DNA of 64,000 nt from an uncultured Gemmatimonadales bacterium (lineage in GTDB: Bacteria; Gemmatimonadota; Gemmatimonadetes; Gemmatimonadales; GWC2-71-9), in NCBI GenBank assembly GCA_963828735.1, contig CAWHFW010000005.1, forward strand, positions 736,001 to 800,000, in the 5' to 3' direction. A model generated the notes under the pieces. The model was not told where the DNA came from. It worked only from the letters and a program-made list of their open reading frames with translations, and did no database searches. Positions within the stretch are counted from its first letter, which is position 1. Each line of letters opens with the position of its first letter. Positions 30,739 to 41,388 of this stretch are shown here, piece after piece. Both the position numbers and the translations under genes were made by a program.

Positions 30739-31649
30739 GCACGCCCCGGCTCCGCGCGCGCGCGGGCTTCACCCTGCTGGAGCTCATCCTGGCCCTCACC
30801 ATCGGGCTGGTGGTGCTCGCGACGTCGACGGCGCTGACCGCCGCCACGTGGCAAAGCGTGCGCGGCGCCACGCTTCGCGACGGCGTCACCCGGAACGCGC
30901 GCTACATCGCCGTGACGCTCCAGCGCGACGTGCAGGAGACCGGCGTCGACCTGTCGTCCTCCGTGGACTTCGGAGCGCTCGCCGTGTGGGCGGACACCAT
31001 CGCGATCCTGCGGGTGCCCTATGCGCCGACGGCTCCCGGCCAGTACCCGCTCAGCCAGAGCAACATTCCGAACGGCCAATGCGGTCCGGCCTGCCTCGAG
31101 ATCCAGACGGCGGGCGCCGTGCCCGAGCTGTCGGTCGGCGATCTGGCCCGCGTGCAGGTGAGCAACACACGTCGGCTCATCTACGTGACGGCGGTGGATC
31201 CGGTGCAGAACGGGTATCGGGTCCAGTTCGCCGACGTGCCGACGCTGCTGCAGCACGCCTCGGGCATTCAGGGCTTGGCGATCGCGCCGGCCAGCACGTT
31301 CATCCAGCGGCTCGGGGTGGTCATCTACTATCGGGATGCCACGGGACAACTGCTGCGGGCCACCCGGCTCAACCCGGACCTCACGCCCCAGGGCGAGGTC
31401 CTCGCCACGGGCGTCCAGGCGTTCACCGCCAGGCTCGTCTTCGTCGACGGCACCGAGGCCGCGCAAGCCGACAACGGCGCCGACGGGAACGCCGCCAACG
31501 ACTACGACGACATCGCCGCGTTGCGGGTGCAGGCTACGCTTCAGGGTGACCACACGGACCCGCGGGTGAACGGCGGCAATCCGATCCGACGCCAGCTGCA
31601 GTGGTGGTTCGCGCCGCGCAACCTGATCTACGAGCGGAATCGGGCGTAG
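30735..31649 (+). CDS. PilW-like minor pilin
   Basis: AG|FTLLELILA; LQRDVQETG; C-terminal PRNL. Confidence 0.85.
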   Translation: MSTPRLRARAGFTLLELILALTIGLVVLATSTALTAATWQSVRGATLRDGVTRNARYIAVTLQRDVQETGVDLSSSVDFGALAVWADTIAILRVPYAPTAPGQYPLSQSNIPNGQCGPACLEIQTAGAVPELSVGDLARVQVSNTRRLIYVTAVDPVQNGYRVQFADVPTLLQHASGIQGLAIAPASTFIQRLGVVIYYRDATGQLLRATRLNPDLTPQGEVLATGVQAFTARLVFVDGTEAAQADNGADGNAANDYDDIAALRVQATLQGDHTDPRVNGGNPIRRQLQWWFAPRNLIYERNRA

Positions 31650-31678
31650 GTCGATCGAGGGCCTTGGAATGATGCCAG

Positions 31679-31711
31679 CAGCCCCGGACGCGGGTTCCGC
31701 GTCCGGGGCTG
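31679..31711. terminator. Perfect 15-bp hairpin between convergent genes
   Basis: CAGCCCCGGACGCGG-GTT-CCGCGTCCGGGGCTG; no strong U-tract. Confidence 0.7.
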
Positions 31712-31725
31712 TCGCGTTGTGGGAC

Positions 31726-34161
31726 TCAGCTCGGCGGCCGCGAGAGGCGGTCGATCGCCTCCTGCACCGCGGATCTCGCCTCCGGCGACCGAAGCGACGG
31801 CGCCGCCTCCTGCAGGAGGGCCAGCGCCGTATCGGCCTCGAGTTGGCTCTGGACCGCGTCGAGCGAATACTCCCGCACCCACGGGCGGTCGTCATCCAGC
31901 CCGGCCCGCAGTGCCTGGCGAGCGGTCGTGTCCCCTCGGTCGACGAGGGCCGCGAGCGCGAGCGACGGGAGGGGCTGGGACCCCGTGTGCGCCGCGAGCG
32001 CGGCGATCAACCCGGAGTCCGGGCGCTGCACGACCGAGCCCACGGCGGCGTTCTGGATGACGTCGCGATACGATGGCGTTCCGAGTCCCCGCAGCACCAC
32101 ATCGCGCGCGCTCGGGTCCCGCAACCGTACCAGCAGGACCAGCGCCGCGGCGCGCACCTGGTCGCTCGCGTCGTGCTCCCACGCGTCCCGTGCGAGCGCG
32201 AGCGCCCGATCACCCCCCACCGCGGTGAGCGCGCTCATCGCTGCCTCACGTACCTGGGCCGAGGTGTCCCGCGCGGCCGCGACGAGCCCCGGGAGTGCCA
32301 CCACCTCCGGGAACCCGCCGAGCGCTTCGGCGGCCTCGGCGCGGGTGAGGAAATAGTCCGACCCCTGGGCAGCGCGAACCAGGGCCGCCCCCGCGAGCGA
32401 GTCTCCGGTGCGCTGGCCGAGGCGTGAGACGGCCCAGGCGCGGAGCCAGAGATGCGGATGCCGCTCGAGCAGGACCGCGAGCCACGCGGTCGGCTGGTCG
32501 AAATCCAGCGTCTTGACGACCGCGTTCTCGTCGTCGAACGCGACCATCGTCGGCTGGCCCGGGAGGCTATCGATGCGGATCGTCTGCTCGCGCCGGTCGA
32601 TGGTCACCCGCCGCACCACGTCCCCGACGGCGGTCCCGACGCGAATCGCGATCGGCGCTCTGAACGCGAGCGGCACGCTGAATCGCAAGCCGGTGCTGTC
32701 CGCCTTGGCGGTGTCCACCTGCGTCTGCCGCACGGCGAGCGTGAGCGTACGGGCCGCCGAGTCGTAGGAGGACGTCACGGCGAACGCGGGATAGCCCGCC
32801 TGGTAGATCCACTGCGACCAGAACCAGCCCAGGCTCTCGCCGGTCGCGTCGAGCACGGCCTGCCGCAGGTCGTCGCTGGTCGCGGTCCCGAAGGCATGGC
32901 GCGTGAGATAGCGCCGAATGCTCGCCCAGAACCGCTCGGGACCCAGCTGGGCCTTGAGCATCGCGAGGACCAGCGCGCCCTTGGGGTAGACGTTGTTCGA
33001 GCTGTAGGTCGCGAGCGGCATGCGGCGCCGCGCGTCGAGACCCAGGAACTGCTGATACTCCGCCAGGTAGTAGTCCTGCTCCGCGTGCTTCCCCTGCTTG
33101 GCCCCCCAATACTGCCCGGGCATGAACTCCGCCATGCCCTCGTTGAGCCAGTAATTGGCCCAGTTCTCGGCCGTGACGAGGTCGCCGAACCATTGATGGG
33201 CCAGCTCGTGCGGGATGAGCGACTGCCGGTACCAGGGTCGGTCGCGGTAGGCCCGCGGATCGGGCAACCAGTCCACCAGCGTCGTGGCGCTCACGTTCTC
33301 CATGCCGCCGATGAAGTCCGCGACCGTGACCTGCGCGTACTTGGGCCACGGGTAGGGAACGCCGGTCAGGCGACTGTACACCTCCATCATGTCCGGCGTC
33401 ACGCCGAACAGCGGCCGCGCGAGCGCGGTGTCCTCGCGGTAGACGTAGTAGTCCACCGGAATGCCGCGCCAGCGATCGGAGATTTTCGCGAACGGCGCCA
33501 CCGCGAGCGAGATCAGATACGTCGAGGCCGGCTTCTCCTGCCGCCACGTCACGGTGTGCATGCCGCCGGACGCGGGACGGTCGCTCACGAGCCGGCCGTT
33601 GGAAACGACCGTGAGCTTGGCCGGTACGGTGGCGGCGAGCTCCCAGGTGGCCTTGTCGGCTGGAGCGCCCCAGGTGGGCAGCCAGCGCGGATTGCCGTCC
33701 GTGCCGCCGCCGCTGTAGACCTGTTGCGGACGATGCGGGCGGCCGTCGCTCGGAAAGAAGTAGAGGCCCTGGCCTTGCCGGATGCGTCCGTGGTAGTGCA
33801 CCGTGAAGCGGACGGTGTCGCCGAAGGCCGCGGGGCGAGGGAGTCGGACGACGAGCGAATCGCCGGGACGCGCATAGGCCCGCGACGGCGTCACGCTCCG
33901 GACCTCCAGCGTCCGGCCCATGTCGAGGATGACCGAGTCGAGTCCGGGGCTGAGGGAGACGAGCGTGGTGGCGACGCGGGCGTCGAATGCGGTCGAGTCC
34001 CAGTCGAAGTTCCTGAGCTCGATCCGCTGGTGAATCAGGTCGTAGTCGTGGGAGGGAGTGAAGCTGCCGTTGACGACCCGTTCGAGGTTCGATTGAGCGC
34101 CGAGGGGTGCGGCCGCGAGGGCGATCGCGGCAAGGGATAGGCAGAAGGATGCGCGGAGCAT
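31726..34161 (-). CDS. Secreted M1 aminopeptidase with C-terminal HEAT repeats
   Basis: Signal peptide; GGMEN; HELAHQWFG-x-WLNEG; YPKGA. Confidence 0.93.
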   Translation of the reverse strand: MLRASFCLSLAAIALAAAPLGAQSNLERVVNGSFTPSHDYDLIHQRIELRNFDWDSTAFDARVATTLVSLSPGLDSVILDMGRTLEVRSVTPSRAYARPGDSLVVRLPRPAAFGDTVRFTVHYHGRIRQGQGLYFFPSDGRPHRPQQVYSGGGTDGNPRWLPTWGAPADKATWELAATVPAKLTVVSNGRLVSDRPASGGMHTVTWRQEKPASTYLISLAVAPFAKISDRWRGIPVDYYVYREDTALARPLFGVTPDMMEVYSRLTGVPYPWPKYAQVTVADFIGGMENVSATTLVDWLPDPRAYRDRPWYRQSLIPHELAHQWFGDLVTAENWANYWLNEGMAEFMPGQYWGAKQGKHAEQDYYLAEYQQFLGLDARRRMPLATYSSNNVYPKGALVLAMLKAQLGPERFWASIRRYLTRHAFGTATSDDLRQAVLDATGESLGWFWSQWIYQAGYPAFAVTSSYDSAARTLTLAVRQTQVDTAKADSTGLRFSVPLAFRAPIAIRVGTAVGDVVRRVTIDRREQTIRIDSLPGQPTMVAFDDENAVVKTLDFDQPTAWLAVLLERHPHLWLRAWAVSRLGQRTGDSLAGAALVRAAQGSDYFLTRAEAAEALGGFPEVVALPGLVAAARDTSAQVREAAMSALTAVGGDRALALARDAWEHDASDQVRAAALVLLVRLRDPSARDVVLRGLGTPSYRDVIQNAAVGSVVQRPDSGLIAALAAHTGSQPLPSLALAALVDRGDTTARQALRAGLDDDRPWVREYSLDAVQSQLEADTALALLQEAAPSLRSPEARSAVQEAIDRLSRPPS

Positions 34162-34220
34162 GCGCGGAATCTACCTAGCCGTGGCGCTCGTCCACCGTGA
34201 GCGTGAAGAGGAGCGGCGTA

Positions 34221-34856
34221 CTAGAACAGCGCCAGCTGCGCCAGCGGCGCGAAGGTCAGCCGATGATGGCAGGTGGGGCCGTGCAGGCGGAGCCCTTCGT
34301 GATGCTCGTCCGTGCCGTAGCCCATGTTGGTTTGCCACCCGTAGCCCGGGTGGCGTTGGGCCAGCCGCTCCATGAGCCGGTCGCGCGTCGTCTTGGCCAG
34401 GACCGAGGCGGCTGCGATGGACTGGCAGCGGGCGTCGCCGTCCACCAGGGCGTCGTGCAGGTAGCCCACCTCCGGGAGCGGGAGCCCGTCGATGAGGATG
34501 CGATAGGGCCGGCCGCTCAGGACGGCGTGGCGGATCAGCGCGGTGAGCGCGCGGCGCATCGCGAGGGCCGTGGCCACCCGGATGTTGAGCCGGTCGATCT
34601 CGTGCGACGACGCGGCGCCGACGGCGCACGCGAGCGCACGCGCCCGGATGCGGTCGGCCAGCACCCGGCGGACCCGGGCGGGCAGGATCTTGCTGTCGCG
34701 GAGACCGCGCACCGCACGACAGTCCGGCGGAAATACGACGGCCGCGGCGACCACTGGTCCAGCCAGTGGGCCGCGGCCCGCTTCGTCGACGCCCACGAGG
34801 AGCGTCTCGTCGGCCCAGGCCGCCCGTTCCCGTTGGAGCGAGGGACGGGAGGGCAC
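34221..34856 (-). CDS. rnhB: Ribonuclease HII
   Basis: GVDEAGRGPLAGPV, DSK, IAAASVLAK. Confidence 0.97.
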   Translation of the reverse strand: MPSRPSLQRERAAWADETLLVGVDEAGRGPLAGPVVAAAVVFPPDCRAVRGLRDSKILPARVRRVLADRIRARALACAVGAASSHEIDRLNIRVATALAMRRALTALIRHAVLSGRPYRILIDGLPLPEVGYLHDALVDGDARCQSIAAASVLAKTTRDRLMERLAQRHPGYGWQTNMGYGTDEHHEGLRLHGPTCHHRLTFAPLAQLALF

Positions 34857-34860
34857 CTGC

Positions 34861-35208
34861 TCAGCCCTCGCGCTTCTCCCGGATGCGCGCGGCCTTGCCG
34901 CTCAGCGCGCGCAGGTAGTAGAGCTTGGCCCGGCGGACCCGGCCACGGCGCACCACCTCCACCGTGGCGATGGTCGGGCTGTGGATCGGGAAGAGCCGCT
35001 CGACCCCGACACCGGCCGAGACCTTCCGGACGGTGAAGTTCTCGCTGATCCCGCCGCCCCGTTTGGCGATGACCAGGCCCTCGAAGGCCTGCAGCCGCTC
35101 CTTGTCGCCCTCGCGGACGCGGACCATGACCCGGACGGTATCTCCCGGCTCGAATGCAGGAATGTCCGTGCGCAAGCCCTCACGGGCCACCTCTGCCAAT
35201 CGCTCCAT
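34861..35208 (-). CDS. rplS: 50S ribosomal protein L19
   Basis: [33 protein letters not shown]. Confidence 0.98.
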   Translation of the reverse strand: MERLAEVAREGLRTDIPAFEPGDTVRVMVRVREGDKERLQAFEGLVIAKRGGGISENFTVRKVSAGVGVERLFPIHSPTIATVEVVRRGRVRRAKLYYLRALSGKAARIREKREG

Positions 35209-35295
35209 GTTTCCCTCCGTCGTAGGTCGTGAATTGCACGTCGTCGGCTCGAAGGCGGGGGTCGCGGAAACGTCGGCGACCCAGGGCCTCACGAG

Positions 35296-35976
35296 CTACG
35301 ACTTGTACTTCTCCCACAGATCCGGCCGCCGCTCCCGCGTCAACCGCTCCGCCTCCGCCCGCCGCCACGCATCGATGCGCGCGTGGTCGCCCGACCGGAG
35401 CACCTCGGGCACCGCCAGCCCGCGATACTCGGGGGGCCGGGTGTAACTCGGCGGGCTCAGGAGCCCGTCGTAGTGCGAATCGCCGCTCGCGCTCTCGTGA
35501 TCGCTCAGGGCGCCGGGGAGGAGCCGGACCACGGCATCGAGGACGCAGATCGCCGCCGGCTCGCCGCCCGAGAGCACGAAGTCGCCGACCGAGCACTCCT
35601 CCGTGGCGAGCCGCTCGGCGACCCGCTGGTCCACGTCCTTGTAATGCCCGCAGAGCAGCGTGAGACGCCGACCCACCGAAAACCGCACCGCGTCATCGTG
35701 CGTGAACCGCCGGCCCCGCGCCGACAACAGGACGACCGACTCCAGCGGGCCGAGGCTCTCGACGGCTTCGAAGAACGGCTCCGGCTTGAGCACCATCCCC
35801 GCCCCGCCACCGTACGCGTAATCGTCCACCGTCGCGTGCCGGTCGTGTGTGAAGTCGCGGAGCTGGACCAGGTTGAACGCCACCAGTCCGGCGGCCGCGG
35901 CCCGGCCCGGAATGCTCGTGGCCGTGAACGGGGCGATGACCTCGGGGAACAGGGTGACGACGTCGATCGTCAGCAT
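35296..35976 (-). CDS. trmD: tRNA (guanine-N1)-methyltransferase
   Basis: VDDYAYGGGAGMVLK, GDFVLSGGE, YTRP, SGDHARI. Confidence 0.97.
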   Translation of the reverse strand: MLTIDVVTLFPEVIAPFTATSIPGRAAAAGLVAFNLVQLRDFTHDRHATVDDYAYGGGAGMVLKPEPFFEAVESLGPLESVVLLSARGRRFTHDDAVRFSVGRRLTLLCGHYKDVDQRVAERLATEECSVGDFVLSGGEPAAICVLDAVVRLLPGALSDHESASGDSHYDGLLSPPSYTRPPEYRGLAVPEVLRSGDHARIDAWRRAEAERLTRERRPDLWEKYKS

Positions 35977-36036
35977 GCGATCATCGGGATGACGCCCGTC
36001 ACGCGTTCACCTGACCGTTCGACCGGGGACGATCCC

Positions 36037-36564
36037 CTACTCCACCAGCCCCTCCGGCGGCGTCACCACCAGCCGGCGCCCCGCGCGATCCACCTGCTGC
36101 ACGAATTCCTTCTTGTACGGCAGCAGAAACTCGCGCTTGGGTCCCTGCACCTCGATCATGACTCCCGACGGCAGCTCGTACACGCCGGTCACGAGACCCA
36201 GCGGCGTCTCGTCGGGCAGCCGGACCGCGAAGCCGTCGAGCTCGTGGAGGTAGACTTCGTCGTCCTTGGGCGGCGCGAGCTCGCTCGCCGGCGCCGCCAG
36301 GAACAGCCCCCGCCACGGATCGATCGCCTCGCGCCGGTCGGCGCCGGCGAACTTGATCAGCCACTCGCGGTGGTACGACCGGCTCCGCTCGATCGTGAGC
36401 GGCCCCGCGACCGTCTCTCCGTCCAGCCCCACCAGCCACACCGACCGTCCGGGCGCGAACACCGCGTCGGGATCGTCGGTGATCGGGAAGAGCGTGAGAT
36501 CCCCCTTCAACCCGTGCGGCTTCCTGAGCCGGCCCACCACGAGGTGGTGGGCGTCGGCGGTCAT
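36037..36564 (-). CDS. rimM: 16S rRNA processing protein
   Basis: VGRLRKPHGLKG, YLHELDG; conserved operon position. Confidence 0.95.
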   Translation of the reverse strand: MTADAHHLVVGRLRKPHGLKGDLTLFPITDDPDAVFAPGRSVWLVGLDGETVAGPLTIERSRSYHREWLIKFAGADRREAIDPWRGLFLAAPASELAPPKDDEVYLHELDGFAVRLPDETPLGLVTGVYELPSGVMIEVQGPKREFLLPYKKEFVQQVDRAGRRLVVTPPEGLVE

Positions 36565-36827
36565 CAGGCCGTCGCTGGCTTGAACACCCCGGCCTGCTTG
36601 AGGAGCGACTGAACCGTGTCCGAGGGCGTCGCGCCTTGCTTGATCCATTGGCGCGCCTTGTCGGCGTCCACCTGGACCTTCTCGGCGGCCGTCGCGCCCT
36701 TGGGGTTGTAGGTGCCGATGATCTCGATGAACCGCCCGTCGCGCGGCGACTCCTGGTCGGCGACCACGATGCGGTACAGCGGGAGCTTCTTGCGGCCGAC
36801 GCGACGCAGCCGAATCCGAGTTGCCAT
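36564..36827 (-). CDS. rpsP: 30S ribosomal protein S16
   Basis: [26 protein letters not shown]. Confidence 0.98.
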   Translation of the reverse strand: MATRIRLRRVGRKKLPLYRIVVADQESPRDGRFIEIIGTYNPKGATAAEKVQVDADKARQWIKQGATPSDTVQSLLKQAGVFKPATA

Positions 36828-36849
36828 GTCCGTTCCTGGAGTTGCCGGG

Positions 36850-38193
36850 TTAACCGGGGAAAGGGCCACGCCCGAAGGGGAGGCGCATGCCCGCGCCCCC
36901 GCCCTTGCCCACGCTCTTCATGACCTTCTGCATCTGCTTGAACTGCGCGAGCAGCGTGTTCACTTCCTGCACCGTGCGCCCGCTGCCCTTGGCGATCCGG
37001 AGCCGCCGCTGCCCGTTGATGACGTCAGGGTTCGACCGCTCCTTGGCCGTCATCGAGAGCACGATGGCTTCCACGTGCTTGAGCTTCTTGTCGTCGATCT
37101 TGGCCGCCTGCAGCATGGCCGGGTTCATCCCGGGCAGCATGCCGAGCACGTTCTTGAGCGGCCCCATCTTCTGCATCTGGCGCATGGCGTTGAGGAAGTC
37201 CTCGAGGTCCATCCCCTTCTTCGAGGTGACCTTCTTCGCCAGCCGCTCGGCTTCCTTCTCGTCGACCGCGGTCTGCGCCTTCTCGACCAGCGAGAGGATG
37301 TCGCCCTGCTGGAGAATCCGCCCCGCGAGTCGGTCGGGATGGAACGGCTCGAGCGCGTCCAGCTTCTCGCCCACGCCGATGAACTTGATCGGCGCCTTGG
37401 TCACGCCATAGATGGACAGCGCGGCACCACCCCGCGCGTCGCCGTCCATCTTGGTCAGGATGACGCCGGTGACGCCGAGCGCATCGTGGAAGCCCTGCGC
37501 GATCCGCACCGCGTCCTGGCCCGTCATCCCGTCGGCCACGAGGAGGATCTCGTGCGGGTTGACGGCGGCCTTGAGCCTCCTGAGCTCGTCCATCATCTCG
37601 TCGTCGATCTGGAGCCGGCCCGCGGTGTCGACGATGACGGTCCGCGCCCGCGCCTTGCCCGCCTCGACGATGCCTCGCTTCACGATGCCGACCACGTCTT
37701 TCGACGACGGGTCGCCGAACGCGCCGACCTCGACCTGCTTCGACAGCGTCAGCAGCTGGTCGATGGCCGCCGGACGGTACACGTCGGCCGCGACCAGGAA
37801 CGGCGCCTTCTGCTCCAGCTTGAGCCGGCGCGCCAGCTTGCCGGCCGTGGTCGTCTTGCCCGATCCCTGAAGGCCGACGAGCAGGATGATCGTCGGCGGC
37901 ACGGTGGCGTGGACGATCGGCGCCTGCTTTTCGCCGAGCAACGCCACCAGCTCGTCGTAGACGATCTTGACCAGCTGATGTCCGGCACGAACGTCCTTGA
38001 TGGCGGTGACGCCCACTGCCTTCGCCTGCACCCGCTCGAGGAACTCGCGGGTCAGGTCGAAGCTGACGTCGGCTTCCAGGAGGATCCGGCGGATCTCCCG
38101 GAGGCCCTCCTTGACCGCATCTTCCGTCAGGACACCACGTCCAGTGAGCTTCTGGAGGGTGTCGTTGAGTTTCTGGGACAGCTCGTCGAACAT
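36850..38193 (-). CDS. ffh: Signal recognition particle protein
   Basis: [33 protein letters not shown]. Confidence 0.98.
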   Translation of the reverse strand: MFDELSQKLNDTLQKLTGRGVLTEDAVKEGLREIRRILLEADVSFDLTREFLERVQAKAVGVTAIKDVRAGHQLVKIVYDELVALLGEKQAPIVHATVPPTIILLVGLQGSGKTTTAGKLARRLKLEQKAPFLVAADVYRPAAIDQLLTLSKQVEVGAFGDPSSKDVVGIVKRGIVEAGKARARTVIVDTAGRLQIDDEMMDELRRLKAAVNPHEILLVADGMTGQDAVRIAQGFHDALGVTGVILTKMDGDARGGAALSIYGVTKAPIKFIGVGEKLDALEPFHPDRLAGRILQQGDILSLVEKAQTAVDEKEAERLAKKVTSKKGMDLEDFLNAMRQMQKMGPLKNVLGMLPGMNPAMLQAAKIDDKKLKHVEAIVLSMTAKERSNPDVINGQRRLRIAKGSGRTVQEVNTLLAQFKQMQKVMKSVGKGGGAGMRLPFGRGPFPG

Positions 38194-38202
38194 AAGCCCG
38201 TA

Positions 38203-38231
38203 AGCATAACCGGCGGGCGGGTTTTGGACAA
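38203..38231 (-). promoter_or_regulatory. Sigma70-like promoter of the ffh operon
   Basis: TTGTCC-17 bp-TATGCT, ending 9 nt before the ATG. Confidence 0.6.
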
Positions 38232-38370
38232 GCCGCGGGGTCCGGAACTTGGCCCGAAGTCGATCCCCAACGCCGCAGCGCTCTGGGTCGGGCATCCCTG
38301 CGACCCGGGGGTTCAGCGCCGGAGACAGCAGTACCTCAGAGCAGATCGAGTTACCGCCGACCCCCGAAGC

Positions 38371-41300
38371 TCACCGGCTCGAGAGCCGCGCCACCGCCAG
38401 CCGTGCCTCATCCACCAAGTGCCGGTGTCTTGCGGTAGGCATGTCGTAGCGCAGGAGGAACTCTCGGTAGTACTCCAGAGCCAAGGGAGCGTTCCCGCGC
38501 GCGTCCTCGATTCGGGCGCGTTCAAGGTACGCGAGGCTGGCGAACACGCCGCCCCCCACGGCGCCGCTTACACCGCCCCACGCCTCGTTCCACGTTAGCA
38601 GCCGGGCCGCCTGAGCGGACTCTCCAGCCTGGACGAGCCACCGTGAGGCGGCCAGGCGATCAAGGGCGGTGAGATACTGCGCGAAGGCCCCGTCCGACAG
38701 TCGCTCGGCGCGTTGCCACTCCAACGCGGCCAGGGTGAATCCGGCTTTTCGCGTCGCACCGGAGAGGCCTAGCTGAAACGCTGCCAGCGAGCGCTCCCAG
38801 GGTGCGTTCTTCCAGCTGGTATAGATCCGGTCCACCCTCTCGAGCTCTCGTCGGGCCGACTCGAGACTCGCCAGATCGCCCCGCGCCCAAGCCAGCATCC
38901 CGTCAAGCCAAACGAGCTCGGCCTTGAACTCGGGCTGCCCTTCGTCCATCGGTGCAGCGGCGACCATCTTGGCGGCGGCGTCGCGTCGCTTGGCGGCCTC
39001 GCTCGTGTTCAGACCGCCCAGCCAGACACCAGCCACAGCCAGCGCATATCGGTCGAGGGCGGTCCACCATGACCGCCACTCGTTGGGCACCTCTTTGGCA
39101 GATTCATCCAGCATTGCCGCCACCGAGTCCCAGGCCCCGCGGCCCACCCAGGTGAACGCCAGAAAACGCCGGTGGCGCGCGGCGACCTCAGATGAGGTCT
39201 TGAGCCGGAGAATCCGGCGACTGATCTCCGTCTGTGCCGGGAGGAATCCGCACCACCCTGCCAGCGCGACTCCCGCGCCGCCTCCCTGGGCATTCGCGCG
39301 CACCACGCTGTCCATCAATGCCGGATCGGCCTTGCCTCCCGTTTCCGCCATGCGCGCGAGCAGTCGGAACTGCAGCAGTTCGTTGAACCCTTCCCCTTGC
39401 TCCAGGGAGGAACCCGCCCCGAGCCGGGCCAGTGCCGCCTCGATGGTGCGAGCCGCACCCGTTGAATTGCGGCTCTTACAATAGACCCAGTGCAGATGCT
39501 CCCACGCCGGGGTCAGCCGGGGGTTGAGTTGGAGGGCGCGCTCCAGCACCGGTCCCGCTTCGGCTATCCTGCGACCGAGAATTGGAGCCCAGTGCACCAT
39601 GTAGTCGCCGTACTGCAACCAGCCGAACCAATAGTCCGGGAATCGCTGAGTGACCTCTTTAGCCCTTGCGAGAGCGACGGAGAGGCTGTCGCGAAGCGCC
39701 ATGGAGGTTTCGATGGAAAGACGGTCGGCCGGAGGTAGGTCGAATCGGTGAGTCTCGAAGGTTTTCACGATCGTACTGTCGATGTCCTGACCCTCCCAAT
39801 ACCCTCGGCTGAACGCATAGCGCCAGTACGGCAACCAGAAGGTCGAGTCGGCTGAGATCGCATTGGCATACTCAGCGGCCGCGTCCTCCCATCGGTTTTC
39901 GACCAGGGCGCGTTCCCCTTCCAGGAACGCCCGGAGAGCCGGCGCGGAGCGAGTCTTGAGGGCCGCATCCAGGCTCGGCGTGGGCGGCTCGCCGCGCAGC
40001 CAGATGCGTTGCAGAAGGGTCCGACAGATCGAATCGCTCAACACGGCTACGGAATCGGGGGAGGCCGTTACCGAAGCCCGCGCCATCGGCGTCAGACTGT
40101 CGCTGGTAAAGAGCCCGAAGTCCAATCGAACCAGCCGCGGATCCAGCCGGACAATGCTTCCGTGCAGCACGCTGCCGGCCCCGAGCCGGCGCCCCAGGGC
40201 CGCACCGTCAGGGAGCGAGAAACCAGCTCTGGGGTCGACTGACTGGGCGAGGACGGTGTGGGGGTCTACCGTCCGGACCTCGCCCACTTCATCCAGATTG
40301 GCGCTGACGGTGAACACCAGGTCGCGGCCTAGCCGGGTGAGCGCGGTATCCGCCACGCTGGGCGCGAAGGGGAGCACCGCGATGCGTGCCGCGGACGGAA
40401 CGATCTTCGGTCCACGCCAATGGAATGCCAGCCACCCCCATGCTGCTCCTATTGCTATGACCATTGCCCCGATGGCCGTGACCCACGGGAAACGCCGGGA
40501 TGTTGTCCGGACCTTGCGTCTCGTGGCCAAGGCCGGCGAGGTCAGAGCCCGAATGAACTGCTCGGCGGTCGCGAACCGATCGGCGGGGGCTTTGGCCAGG
40601 GCCGTCGTAATCGCGTCATCGATTGCCTCGGGTACCGAGCCGCGGATGGCCTGGATCCGAGGGACCGCGTCCAGCGAATGCCGCGCCATGATCGCCCGCG
40701 CCGTGGGCCCGCTGAACGGTGGCTGGCCCGCCAGCATCTCGTAGAGCACACAGGCCAGCCCATAGACGTCACTCCGGGCATCCACTGGGTCCCCGACAAT
40801 CTGCTCAGGACTCATGTAGGCCGGGGTTCCCATCCCCCAGCCCGTCTCCGTGAGCCGCGAATCGCCGGCGATCTCGATGGCCTTGGCGATGCCGAAGTCA
40901 GCCACCAACGCGTGCGCACCCGAGAGCAGAATGTTCTCGGGCTTGATATCGCGGTGCACTACTCCATTCCGGTGCGCTTCCCCCAGGGCATCGGCGACGT
41001 CCCCGGCAATATGAAGTGCGTCCTCGACGGGCAACGCTCCTTCTCGGGTGAGCCGCTGCCGCAGCGACTCGCCTGAGACATACGGCATCACGTAAAAGAG
41101 GAATCCCGCTGCCACGCCGGAATCGTGCAGCGGGAGGATGTGAGGATGCTGGAGCCCGGCCTCGATCCGGATCTCCCGCAGGAATCGCTCGGCTCCTAAC
41201 CCGGCAGCCAGCTCGGGGTGAAGGACCTTCACAGCCACTGGCCGCAGATGCTTCAGGTCCCGCGCCAGGTAGACAGTCGCCATCCCGCCGCGACCCAGCG

Positions 41301-41388
41301 GCCGCTCGATCGGGTATCGGTCGGCCAGTGCCTCCTGCAGCTGCGATGGAATCTCGAGTCCTTCGCGATCGGACCCGGAGCTATTCAC
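38371..41388 (-). CDS. Ser/Thr kinase receptor (kinase-TM-TolB-like-TPR), intact
   Basis: 1005 aa; all Hanks motifs; TM WVTAIGAMVIAIGAAWGWLAF; RIAVLPF; TPR-like helices. Confidence 0.93.
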   Translation of the reverse strand: MNSSGSDREGLEIPSQLQEALADRYPIERPLGRGGMATVYLARDLKHLRPVAVKVLHPELAAGLGAERFLREIRIEAGLQHPHILPLHDSGVAAGFLFYVMPYVSGESLRQRLTREGALPVEDALHIAGDVADALGEAHRNGVVHRDIKPENILLSGAHALVADFGIAKAIEIAGDSRLTETGWGMGTPAYMSPEQIVGDPVDARSDVYGLACVLYEMLAGQPPFSGPTARAIMARHSLDAVPRIQAIRGSVPEAIDDAITTALAKAPADRFATAEQFIRALTSPALATRRKVRTTSRRFPWVTAIGAMVIAIGAAWGWLAFHWRGPKIVPSAARIAVLPFAPSVADTALTRLGRDLVFTVSANLDEVGEVRTVDPHTVLAQSVDPRAGFSLPDGAALGRRLGAGSVLHGSIVRLDPRLVRLDFGLFTSDSLTPMARASVTASPDSVAVLSDSICRTLLQRIWLRGEPPTPSLDAALKTRSAPALRAFLEGERALVENRWEDAAAEYANAISADSTFWLPYWRYAFSRGYWEGQDIDSTIVKTFETHRFDLPPADRLSIETSMALRDSLSVALARAKEVTQRFPDYWFGWLQYGDYMVHWAPILGRRIAEAGPVLERALQLNPRLTPAWEHLHWVYCKSRNSTGAARTIEAALARLGAGSSLEQGEGFNELLQFRLLARMAETGGKADPALMDSVVRANAQGGGAGVALAGWCGFLPAQTEISRRILRLKTSSEVAARHRRFLAFTWVGRGAWDSVAAMLDESAKEVPNEWRSWWTALDRYALAVAGVWLGGLNTSEAAKRRDAAAKMVAAAPMDEGQPEFKAELVWLDGMLAWARGDLASLESARRELERVDRIYTSWKNAPWERSLAAFQLGLSGATRKAGFTLAALEWQRAERLSDGAFAQYLTALDRLAASRWLVQAGESAQAARLLTWNEAWGGVSGAVGGGVFASLAYLERARIEDARGNAPLALEYYREFLLRYDMPTARHRHLVDEARLAVARLSSR

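Noticed and set aside
38240..38370. SRP RNA (ffs) beside ffh
   Set aside because: GC-rich hairpin potential, but I could not find the conserved domain IV CAGG...GGAA...AGCAG arrangement
32452..38598. Long opposite-strand ORFs (e.g. 32452-34140, 36712-38598; also 28179-29642 and 57059-58414)
   Set aside because: Antisense shadows of well-supported genes, expected from high GC at third codon positions; no recognisable motifs
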